61,794 nt of DNA from Bacteroidota bacterium (GTDB lineage Bacteria > Bacteroidota > Ignavibacteria > UBA10030 > SZUA-254): the NCBI GenBank assembly GCA_030019075.1, contig JASEHD010000002.1, forward strand, positions 1 through 61,794. The letters are read 5' to 3'. The translations under genes were made by a program, and so were the position numbers. The notes beneath the pieces are model-generated. The model made no database searches and was not told the origin of the DNA. It saw nothing but the letters and a program-made list of their open reading frames with translations. This document shows, piece by piece, positions 9,070 through 16,841 of the stretch (positions are counted from its first letter, which is position 1; every line of letters begins with the position of its first letter).

Positions 9070-10473
9070 TTAAAAATGTTTTTTGAATTGTTCGACGAGT
9101 TGTTTTGCCCGATCCATTGTTTGTGCCTCAGCAATAATACGGATAATCGGCTCAGTGTTCGACTTCCTCAGATGTACCCAAGAATCTTCAAAATCAATTT
9201 TTAAACCATCCTCAGTGTTGATGATCCCTGCTGATTCATATTTTCGTTGAATCGTTTCGAATGCTCGATCTATATCCTTCCTATGTCCGCCTGAGGTGGA
9301 TTCAAATTTTGATTTGACAATTGAATACTTTGGCAGTGACTCTTTAAATTCGGAAATTGTTCCTTGATATTCCGCAAGCTGTTGAAGGATCAATCCGATA
9401 CCAACAATTGCATCACGGGTAAAGTGAACATCAGGGAGAATAACTCCTCCGCTTCCCTCTCCACCTACAATCGCACCGACCTCTTTCATTTTCTGGGCAA
9501 CGTTTATTTCACCAACTGGTGTACGGATAACTTCAGTACCATACGATTTTGCTATAACATCGATTGCACGGGTGGTGGAGAGATTTACAACAACGTTTTG
9601 AGATTTGGGATGCTTGCCCGCCGAAGGCGGGTGAAGGATTTGGGATTTGGAATTTTGTTTTGAGAGTATGAATTTTACGACTGACGTGATGGTATATTCC
9701 TCACCGAATGGTTCGCCTTTTTCTGTGATTAAAACAAGTCGGTCAACGTCGGGGTCAACGGCAATTCCTAAATCTGCTTTTACATTTTTCACACACTTAC
9801 ATAATTCAACAAGATTTTCTGGAATTGGTTCAGGATTTCGAGTAAAGATTCCGCTTACTTCACAGTTTAGTTCTATGACTTCGCATCCTAAATCACGAAG
9901 CATCTTTGGAACGATATTACCACCAGATGCGTTGATGCAATCCACAACAATTTTAAATTTTCGATTTTTAATTTGTTCAATGTTAATATAAGGTAAACTC
10001 AGAACAGCGCCGATATGCTGCTGCATGAACGATTCGTCTGTAATATGTCGCCCGATTTTATCCCATGCAGCATAATTAAATTTTTGCCCTTCTGCAATAT
10101 TCCAGAGCTTTTGATTCTCCTCAGCATTTAGGAACATACCCGTCTGTGCGATAAATTTCAAGCCATTCCACTGGATTGGGTTATGACTTGCAGTAATAGC
10201 TATACCTCCAGCGGCTACAAGTTTTTCTACTGCAAGTGCAACTGTTGGAGTTGGTACAATCCCTAAATCGACCACATCGCAGCCTATCGAAAGGAATGTT
10301 GAAGACACGAGATTACTAATAATTCTTCCAGTAACTCGCCCATCTTGCCCGATCACAACTTTTCCATGATTGCAGAATTGTGCAAAAGCTGATGAATACT
10401 TCACAATTACATCAGGAGTGAGACTTTCACCCACGATGCCGCGGATACCTGATATGCTAAATATTAAAGACAT
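9070..10473 (-). CDS. glmM: phosphoglucosamine mutase (Bacteroidetes-type alpha-D-phosphohexomutase)
   Basis: 467 aa. N-terminus SISGIRGIVGESLTP, phosphoserine loop TASHNP, metal loop DPDVDR and sugar loop GEGSGG. Confidence 0.8.
   Translation of the reverse strand: MSLIFSISGIRGIVGESLTPDVIVKYSSAFAQFCNHGKVVIGQDGRVTGRIISNLVSSTFLSIGCDVVDLGIVPTPTVALAVEKLVAAGGIAITASHNPIQWNGLKFIAQTGMFLNAEENQKLWNIAEGQKFNYAAWDKIGRHITDESFMQQHIGAVLSLPYINIEQIKNRKFKIVVDCINASGGNIVPKMLRDLGCEVIELNCEVSGIFTRNPEPIPENLVELCKCVKNVKADLGIAVDPDVDRLVLITEKGEPFGEEYTITSVVKFILSKQNSKSQILHPPSAGKHPKSQNVVVNLSTTRAIDVIAKSYGTEVIRTPVGEINVAQKMKEVGAIVGGEGSGGVILPDVHFTRDAIVGIGLILQQLAEYQGTISEFKESLPKYSIVKSKFESTSGGHRKDIDRAFETIQRKYESAGIINTEDGLKIDFEDSWVHLRKSNTEPIIRIIAEAQTMDRAKQLVEQFKKHF
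9596..9665. repeat. palindrome plus GATTTGG heptamer words lying in-frame inside glmM
   Basis: GC hairpin CCCGCC-GAA-GGCGGG (9617..9631). It is flanked by GATTTGG words at 9602..9608, 9637..9643 and 9644..9650. The segment encodes SKSQILHPPSAGKHPKSQN. Confidence 0.7.
10397..10455. repeat. direct repeat copy 1 (functional glmM 5' end)
   Basis: The 59 nt are identical to 11097..11155 at all but 3 positions. The two copies lie exactly 700 bp apart. Confidence 0.9.
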
Positions 10474-10630
10474 ATATATTTACTTTGAAAATGTAGTAAA
10501 GAAGTTGATGAGAATCAAATAATAAAGCGAAGTGCGGAGAGCAATGAGCGGTGAAGCAGTATAATAAAATTTTGTATTTTAAGTGACGAAAGAGTACATT
10601 TAGGAAGTTTACACAAGTTAAGGAAACACT

Positions 10631-10843
10631 ATGGGAAAAGTAAAAGAGCCAGCATCCACATACATTGTGGATAAGGAAGGCAAGAAAACAGCCGTTATTC
10701 TTCCTATCGAAAAATATGAAGAGTTATTAGAAGACTTGGAAGATTTGGCAGTGATTGCTTCTCGAAAGACTGAACCAACATATGACTGGGAAGAACTAAA
10801 AAATAAATTGAAAAGGGATGGGATCCTTTCTGATAAAATATAG
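10631..10843 (+). CDS. type II antitoxin (RelB/Phd-like)
   Basis: 70 aa with an acidic C-terminal half (EKYEELLEDLEDLAVIASRK). It overlaps the downstream RelE-like toxin gene. Confidence 0.7.
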   Translation: MGKVKEPASTYIVDKEGKKTAVILPIEKYEELLEDLEDLAVIASRKTEPTYDWEELKNKLKRDGILSDKI

Positions 10844-11081
10844 GGCTTCGTTTGAAAAGGAGTTTCGGAGCATCCCAAAAGAGTTTACCGATGCTGTTGC
10901 AGTTCGCATAGATTCTCTTTCTCAAAATCCGTTTCCTGTCGGATGTAAGAAACTTACCAATGAAGAATTTTATCGAATTCGAGTTGGCAATTATCGGATT
11001 GTCTATTCGGTCGATTCAAACAGCAAGGTGATAACGATAGAAAGGATCAAACATCGAAAAGATGTGTACAGAAAACTTTGA
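10818..11081 (+). CDS. type II toxin, RelE/ParE family
   Basis: 87 aa. The sequence YRIRVGNYRIVYSVDSNSKVITIERIKHRKDVY is the classic RelE/StbE C-terminal pattern. Confidence 0.85.
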   Translation: MGSFLIKYRASFEKEFRSIPKEFTDAVAVRIDSLSQNPFPVGCKKLTNEEFYRIRVGNYRIVYSVDSNSKVITIERIKHRKDVYRKL

Positions 11082-11096
11082 CAGTGGTTAAGGAAG

Positions 11097-11155
11097 TATT
11101 TCACAATAACATCGGGAGTGAGACTTTCACCCACGATGCCGCGGATACCTGATAT
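11097..11155 (-). pseudogene. relic glmM 5' fragment (direct repeat copy 2)
   Basis: It encodes ISGIRGIVGESLTPDVIVKY on the minus strand with no start codon. The 3 differences from copy 1 all fall on third codon positions (P, V, K) and are synonymous. Confidence 0.8.
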
Positions 11156-11162
11156 ACATAAT

Positions 11163-11368
11163 GGCAGTTCCAAAAACTAATTTTTTGAATCACAAAGTTT
11201 TTACACACCTGTGTGCCTAAACACTTCGGTGTGTAGGCGCAAAGAGCACAAAGAACCCAACAAAATCCCTGCCTGAGTGCCGAACAATTCGGCAGGCAGG
11301 AATACTTTGTGAACTTTGCCCCCGGCTCGTAGAGTGGTAAAGTATTTTGGGAATTTTTTTGAACCGCC
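11163..11368. repeat. MITE-like element related to 3112..3237
   Basis: The left end is GGCAGTTCCAAAAACT. The reverse complement of the right end is GGCGGTTCAAAAAAA. Internal hairpins are ACAC-TTCG-GTGT and CCTGCCTG...CAGGCAGG. CACAAAG/CTTTGTG words are present. Confidence 0.65.
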
Positions 11369-11675
11369 CATTAATGACATGTAGTTATTGAATATTGGAT
11401 TAATGGAATAATGGAATGATGGATATAAATTAGTGAAGATGAAGTTGATAGGGAAGAATAAACCTTAAAAACAACAAACAAAATGGATTCTTGTATCTCT
11501 ACAATTATTTCCGTAACTTTTATTAAGATTTTACTAAGAAAATAGAGACAATATTTTCAGCAGATGACGACAAAATCAGTAAAAGAATTTTGTATTGCGT
11601 TATTTTTGTCAAGCTTGCACTTTGGCATTCATGATTAACTTGAATAAACATACATTTACAAGAGGAAAATGAGAT

Positions 11676-11882
11676 ATGTTAAACACACTTCGTGCAATTG
11701 TTCGAGAAGGAAAAATTGAATTACTTGAAAAAATGGATATCCCTGAGGGTACAAACGTTCTGGTGACTTTGATGCAAGAAAACGATGAAACTCAATATTG
11801 GGTAAAAGCAAGCCAGAAATCTTTGGATAAAATTTGGAATAACACCGAAGACGATGTATATGCACAATTACTTAAAGTATGA
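11676..11882 (+). CDS. putative antitoxin (DUF104/AF2212-like N-terminal swapped-hairpin type)
   Basis: 68 aa. The sequence LRAIVREGKIELLEKMDIPEGTNVLVTL resembles small antitoxins. It overlaps the downstream PemK-like ORF. Confidence 0.5.
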   Translation: MLNTLRAIVREGKIELLEKMDIPEGTNVLVTLMQENDETQYWVKASQKSLDKIWNNTEDDVYAQLLKV

Positions 11883-12117
11883 TGTTCTTCTTCTCCGTTA
11901 TCCCTTCGCAGATTTATCTGATTCCAAGATTAGACCTGCCGTCCTAATCAGCACTCAACATATTTCCGAAGATATCTTTGTTGTGCCTTTGACCAGTAGA
12001 ACAACTTCTTTTTTATCTGGTGAATTCGTTTTGGATAAATGGAATGTTGGCAAATTATTCTCTTCTGATGCAAAAAGATTGGAAGATTCATTACGTAATT
12101 GGTTAGGACTTCATTAA
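11854..12117 (+). CDS. PemK/MazF-like toxin, unusually short (possibly degenerate)
   Basis: DVLLLRYPFADLSDSKIRPAVLIS...IFVVPLTS matches the MazF/PemK N-terminal core. The C-terminal half looks about 25 aa shorter than typical family members. Confidence 0.5.
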   Translation: MYMHNYLKYDVLLLRYPFADLSDSKIRPAVLISTQHISEDIFVVPLTSRTTSFLSGEFVLDKWNVGKLFSSDAKRLEDSLRNWLGLH

Positions 12118-12142
12118 GAATTTGCCAGAGGAAATATAGGCA

Positions 12143-12694
12143 ATGCTTTCAACAAATGATAAAAAAATCCTTTTAGAAACAGCGCGCAAATCAATCGAAG
12201 CGGCAATCGAAGGCAACAAGTTTGAATCACCTCGAAGCGTTTCTTCTGCATTAAAAGAATCTTGCGGCGCATTTGTAACACTTCACAAATATGGCGAGTT
12301 GCGCGGCTGCATAGGTTATATCGAAGGTGTTCTACCATTAATCGAAACTGTCAAAGATGTTGCCGCAAAAGCTGCCACAGAAGATTATCGCTTTAACCCG
12401 GTTACTCAAGATGAAATGCCAGAGATCGATATTGAAATCTCCGTTCTAACTCCATTGAGACTCATTAAAGATATAAACGAAATCGAAGTAGGTAAACATG
12501 GAATCGTTATGCAGCGTGAACACAATCGCGGCTTGCTGCTGCCGCAAGTAGCTACCGAATACGGATGGGACAGAGAAACATTTTTAAACCAGACTGCACA
12601 CAAAGCTGGATTGAGTGCAGATGCTTGGAAAAAACCTGACACAAATATTTATATTTTCAGCGCTGAAATCTTTGGCGAGGAGAAAAACAGATGA
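12143..12694 (+). CDS. amrA: AmmeMemoRadiSam system protein A (AMMECR1 domain)
   Basis: 183 aa with CGAFVTLHKYGELRGCIGYIEG and the LLLPQVA motif. Confidence 0.88.
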   Translation: MLSTNDKKILLETARKSIEAAIEGNKFESPRSVSSALKESCGAFVTLHKYGELRGCIGYIEGVLPLIETVKDVAAKAATEDYRFNPVTQDEMPEIDIEISVLTPLRLIKDINEIEVGKHGIVMQREHNRGLLLPQVATEYGWDRETFLNQTAHKAGLSADAWKKPDTNIYIFSAEIFGEEKNR

Positions 12695-13527
12695 TCGTTC
12701 GTCAACCCGTGGTTGCCGGGATGTTTTACCCGGTTAATCCAAGAACACTTGAAAACGAAATTGGCCAGATGCTTTCGAAAGCAGCGATCAATCCATCCGC
12801 CTCAGTCAGACATGGAAATCTCATCGCAATCATCGTGCCTCATGCTGGTTATGTGTACTCAGGGTTGACTGCTGCACATGCGTATAAACTACTTCAACAA
12901 ACCTCTTTCGATACGGTTGTGATCATCTCTCCAAGTCACCGTGAATATTTTCAGGGAATTTCAGTATACAGCGGTGATGTTTACCGAACACCTCTCGGCG
13001 ATATTGCCATAGATGAAGACATACGGGAAAAACTTGTTAAGGATGATAAACTAATCGAAGCATCCACACACGGTCATACTGCTGAACATGCCATCGAAGT
13101 GCAGCTTCCATTTTTACAAAAAGTATTAAAAAATTTTAAAATCGTTCCAATTGTAATGAGCGACCAAGGAAGTGAGCTATGCTACCATCTCGCAGATAGA
13201 CTTGCAGAAGTCCTCAAGGACAAGAAAGCATTAATCGCTGCTTCTACCGACCTCTCACATTATCACACAGCATATGAAGCGGATAAATTAGATAAAATAG
13301 TGATTGATGACGTTGCACACTTTGATTATAAAAAGTTAAGTAAAGATTTAGAAACTGAGCGGGCAGAAGCATGTGGAGGCGGTCCGGTGGTTGCAGCACT
13401 CAGAGCGGCGAAGAAACTTGGTGCTAATCATGTTGAAATACTTCATCAATGCAATTCAGGTGACGTCACGGGTGATCGTGATGCAGTTGTAGGTTACCTT
13501 TCTGCAGCAGTTCTAAAAATATATTAG
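12691..13527 (+). CDS. amrB: AmmeMemoRadiSam system protein B (MEMO1 family)
   Basis: 278 aa with VPHAGYVYSG, a His-rich site HGHTAEHAIEVQLPF, and DLSHYH. It has a 4-nt overlap with amrA. Confidence 0.88.
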   Translation: MIVRQPVVAGMFYPVNPRTLENEIGQMLSKAAINPSASVRHGNLIAIIVPHAGYVYSGLTAAHAYKLLQQTSFDTVVIISPSHREYFQGISVYSGDVYRTPLGDIAIDEDIREKLVKDDKLIEASTHGHTAEHAIEVQLPFLQKVLKNFKIVPIVMSDQGSELCYHLADRLAEVLKDKKALIAASTDLSHYHTAYEADKLDKIVIDDVAHFDYKKLSKDLETERAEACGGGPVVAALRAAKKLGANHVEILHQCNSGDVTGDRDAVVGYLSAAVLKIY

Positions 13528-13533
13528 CCCTTC

Positions 13534-14469
13534 ATGCCTAAACGATTTCCAAAAGTATCAATCATCGGGGCGGGAGTAGTCGGAACTGTAATTGCCTCCA
13601 CCCTCTTTCATAAAGGATACCAATTCGTAAGCATTATCGATAAAAATGGCTCCAAAGCACTCTCACTTGCCCACGCTGTGAAGTGTGATAAAGCAGGAGT
13701 TACTTTAGCTGATTTGGCAACAAGTTCTGATATAATTTTTATTACAGTTAACGATAGTTCGATTAAACAGGTTGCTGCAGATTTAGCAAAACAGAAAAAA
13801 CTTAATTATAAAAAGATGTTGATTCTCCATTGCTCAGGTGTTTTATCATCGGAAGTATTAGCGCCTCTTGAGAAAAAAGGCGCCCTAATTGGAGGAATGC
13901 ATCCAATTCAATCATTTCCCCTCTTCCAAAATACGGTAAAAGTGAAATCATATTTAAAAGGAATATATTACGGTATCGATGGTTCATTAGAAGCGACTAA
14001 AGAAATACAGCAGTTAGTGGAAAATTTAGAAGGGAAGGCGATTATTATTCAAAAAGAGTTGAAACCATTGTACCACGTGGTTTGTGTATTTGCTTCGAAT
14101 TATATGACAGTATTTTTAAATGCGATTGAGGAGTTGACACGAACATTGCATCTCAATGCATCATGGACTGAAGTGTTCGGTCCGCTGATGACGTCAACAA
14201 TGGAGAATGTAGTAAAAACGTCAGCACATAAAGCGCTCACAGGTCCAATCATGCGCGGTGATTTCGAAACTATCGACCTGCACCTCAAGACTTTGAACGA
14301 GTATGCCCCGCAATTTCTTTCTATTTACACTATCGGAGGAATAGAAGCAGCCCGTATTGCTAAAGAAGAGGGTAAATTAAGTGATGAGAATTTTAATGAA
14401 ATTATTCGTAAATTTAGAACGTTCATAAAAACAAGTTCAATCGAAAAAATTACAAAGGTAAAACAGTGA
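13534..14469 (+). CDS. Rossmann-fold oxidoreductase-like protein with DUF2520-type C-terminus
   Basis: 311 aa. N-terminal dinucleotide-binding motif VSIIGAGVVGTVIAS. The ProC/F420-oxidoreductase-like layout is from recollection. Confidence 0.65.
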   Translation: MPKRFPKVSIIGAGVVGTVIASTLFHKGYQFVSIIDKNGSKALSLAHAVKCDKAGVTLADLATSSDIIFITVNDSSIKQVAADLAKQKKLNYKKMLILHCSGVLSSEVLAPLEKKGALIGGMHPIQSFPLFQNTVKVKSYLKGIYYGIDGSLEATKEIQQLVENLEGKAIIIQKELKPLYHVVCVFASNYMTVFLNAIEELTRTLHLNASWTEVFGPLMTSTMENVVKTSAHKALTGPIMRGDFETIDLHLKTLNEYAPQFLSIYTIGGIEAARIAKEEGKLSDENFNEIIRKFRTFIKTSSIEKITKVKQ

Positions 14470-15530
14470 AAGCACTTATAGCAAGTGGTGGACACGGCAC
14501 ACGCCTCCGTCCCCTTACGCATACACAAAACAAACATCTTATTCCAGTGGCAAACAAACCGATTCTGCATTACGCAATCGAAGCAGCGGTGGATGCAGGA
14601 ATCAAACAAATTGGAATCATCCACAATGCCGACAGCCAAGAAGTTCCTGATGCACTCGGAAATGGAAAAAGATGGGGTGTGAAAATTACCTACATCCCTC
14701 AAAAAACTCCAGCCGGACTTGCACACGTTGTAAAGATAGCTGAGAAGTTCATCGGCAAAGATAATTTCATTTTTTATCTTGGCGATAACATGGTTGTTGG
14801 CGGTGTAAAGCGATTCATTGATGAATTTGAAAAAAGCGATTGCAATTGCTGGCTTACTTTATCAAAGGTAAAAGACCCTGAGCGATTCGGTGTCCCCGTG
14901 ATTAAAAATGGTAGGATAATTAAAGTTGAAGAAAAGCCTGCGAAGCCAAAAAGTCAATTTGCAGTTGCTGGCATTTACATTTATGACAAACATATATTCG
15001 AGGCAGTAAAGAAAATTAAACCAAGTGCGCGAGGTGAATTAGAAATTTCTGATGCACATACTTATTTAATTGAAAAGGGTTATAAAGTCGGATACAGCGA
15101 GATCACCGGCTGGTGGAAAGATACAGGTAAGCCATCGGATTTATTAGAAGCTAATCGTCTAATCTTAGATAACATCGAACAGAATCTTCAGGGTGAAGTA
15201 GATAAAGCTTCATCGGTTTTAGGCAAAGTATTTTTAGATGAAGGTGCCAAAGTAATCAACAGTGTTGTCCGCGGACCGGCGATCATCGGTAAAAATGCTA
15301 TTATAGAAAATAGTTATATCGGACCGTTCACATCAATCGGTAACAATACGATTATTCGAAATGCAGAAGTCGAGTACAGCATCGTTCTTCGTGATTCTAA
15401 AATTATAAATGTGAAGCTTCGCATCGAGGGAAGCATCCTCGGTAACGATGTTGAGATCGTAGATGCAATCGGCAAACCGCATGTACATCGGTTTATGATT
15501 GGGGATCAAAGCAGAGTGGAAGTAGCGTAA
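14466..15530 (+). CDS. glucose-1-phosphate thymidylyltransferase-like sugar nucleotidyltransferase (long form with left-handed beta-helix tail)
   Basis: 354 aa. N-terminal GGHGTRLRPLTHTQNKHLIPVANKP. The C-terminus has hexapeptide-like repeats (IIGKNAIIENSYIGPFTSIGNNTII). Confidence 0.8.
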   Translation: MKALIASGGHGTRLRPLTHTQNKHLIPVANKPILHYAIEAAVDAGIKQIGIIHNADSQEVPDALGNGKRWGVKITYIPQKTPAGLAHVVKIAEKFIGKDNFIFYLGDNMVVGGVKRFIDEFEKSDCNCWLTLSKVKDPERFGVPVIKNGRIIKVEEKPAKPKSQFAVAGIYIYDKHIFEAVKKIKPSARGELEISDAHTYLIEKGYKVGYSEITGWWKDTGKPSDLLEANRLILDNIEQNLQGEVDKASSVLGKVFLDEGAKVINSVVRGPAIIGKNAIIENSYIGPFTSIGNNTIIRNAEVEYSIVLRDSKIINVKLRIEGSILGNDVEIVDAIGKPHVHRFMIGDQSRVEVA

Positions 15531-15532
15531 GA

Positions 15533-15554
15533 GATGTTAGATATCGGATGTCTG
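15533..15554. repeat. left inverted arm flanking the four-helix-bundle gene
   Basis: GATGTTAGATATCGGATGTCTG is complementary to 16032..16053 at 17/22 positions (hand alignment). It sits in a GATGTNN/GATATNN word array at 15531..15575. Confidence 0.7.
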
Positions 15555-15600
15555 TTATCAGATGTTTGTTGAATTAGGATGAATATATTTTTATGGAAAC

Positions 15601-16017
15601 ATGGAAGATACAGGATATAGAAAATTAGATATCTATAAACTCTCATACGAGTTGGCGCTTAAAGTTCATGGAATGACATTAACACTCCCAAAGTTTGAGA
15701 TGTATGAAGAAGGTAGTCAGATTAGGAGGTCATCGAAATCAATTCCTGCTAACATCGTTGAGGGATATTGCTTGCGAAGGCATAAGAATGAATATCTTCA
15801 GTATCTTCATCGTGCGTTTGGTTCCAGTCAAGAAACAATTGTTCACCTTAAAATTCTCTATGATACAAAATCACTTGTTGATAAAAGTATTTATGATGAG
15901 CTTTTAGATCGATACACTCATCTCGGTAAGATGCTATTCCGATTTATCGAATCAGTACTATCAGAGCACGTCTCTCCGCTTTATATCAAAGAAGAAAATA
16001 ATGAATATCAAGTTTAA
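15601..16017 (+). CDS. four-helix-bundle protein (23S rRNA intervening-sequence protein / Avd family)
   Basis: 138 aa. The family pattern is YKLSYELALKVHGMTLTLPKFEMYEEGSQIRRSSKSIPANIVEG...YLHRAFGSSQET. Confidence 0.85.
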   Translation: MEDTGYRKLDIYKLSYELALKVHGMTLTLPKFEMYEEGSQIRRSSKSIPANIVEGYCLRRHKNEYLQYLHRAFGSSQETIVHLKILYDTKSLVDKSIYDELLDRYTHLGKMLFRFIESVLSEHVSPLYIKEENNEYQV

Positions 16018-16031
16018 CTAATAACCAACAT

Positions 16032-16053
16032 CTAACATCTAATATCTCACATC
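16032..16053. repeat. right inverted arm flanking the four-helix-bundle gene
   Basis: CTAACATCTAATATCTCACATC is the reverse-complement partner of 15533..15554. Confidence 0.7.
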
Positions 16054-16058
16054 AAATT

Positions 16059-16841
16059 ATGGACTACCAAACATTACTAATAGGCATCCACGACCGCATC
16101 GCATGGATAACATTTAATCGCCCCGACAAACTCAATGCAATCAATCTGCAAGTCATTGACGAATTAAGACAAGCTTTTAAAAGCTTTGAAAAGGATCCAA
16201 ACGTGGGTGTAATCATTCTCACTGGTGCCGGTGAGAAAGCATTCGTTGCCGGCTCTGATATCAGTGCGCTTGCAACATATGATTCAACAGCGGCAAAAAA
16301 CTATTCCGAAGTTGGGAATAAAGTTCTGAGTTACATCCAGAATTTTCCTAAACCAGTAATTGCTGCAATCAATGGTTTCGCATTAGGCAGTGGCTGTGAG
16401 ATTGCTATGGCTTGCCATATCCGCATCGCTTCCGAGAATGCAAAATTTGGTCAACCCGAAGTTAATCTCGGCTTAATACCTGGACACGGCGGAACGCAAC
16501 GATTAACACGCATTGTTGGTATCGGCAAAGCGATGGAACTAACATTGACAGGCAATGTTATAGATGCGAACGAAGCATTCCGAATCGGTTTGGTAAACAA
16601 GGTTGTAACTTTAGCGGAATTAAAATCAACAGCAGAAGTAATGGCACAAACAATTCTCACAAAGGCACCGCCGGCAATTGCACTTGCGATAAAAGCGATT
16701 AATTCAAATCTTGAAAAACCTCTCAGCGACGGTTTACAGTATGAAGCCGAACTATTCAGTGACTGTTTTAAAACTGAAGACATGAAAGAAGGCACAAAGG
16801 CATTCTTAGAAAAACGAAAGCCCGTGTTTACAGGCAAATGA
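16059..16841 (+). CDS. enoyl-CoA hydratase/crotonase
   Basis: 260 aa with KAFVAGSDI, GFALGSGCEIAMACHIRIAS and C-terminal EGTKAFLEKRKP. Confidence 0.9.
   Translation: MDYQTLLIGIHDRIAWITFNRPDKLNAINLQVIDELRQAFKSFEKDPNVGVIILTGAGEKAFVAGSDISALATYDSTAAKNYSEVGNKVLSYIQNFPKPVIAAINGFALGSGCEIAMACHIRIASENAKFGQPEVNLGLIPGHGGTQRLTRIVGIGKAMELTLTGNVIDANEAFRIGLVNKVVTLAELKSTAEVMAQTILTKAPPAIALAIKAINSNLEKPLSDGLQYEAELFSDCFKTEDMKEGTKAFLEKRKPVFTGK

Noticed and set aside
15601-16017. The four-helix-bundle gene as the Avd component of a diversity-generating retroelement
   Set aside because: The family includes DGR Avd proteins. However, there is no reverse transcriptase gene and no template/variable repeat pair in the window.
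14325-16837. Antisense or alternative-frame ORFs 14325..14726, 14485..14682, 15695..15907 and 16451..16837
   Set aside because: Each lies within or opposite a well-supported CDS (DUF2520 gene, nucleotidyltransferase, four-helix-bundle gene, crotonase). None has family-like sequence.
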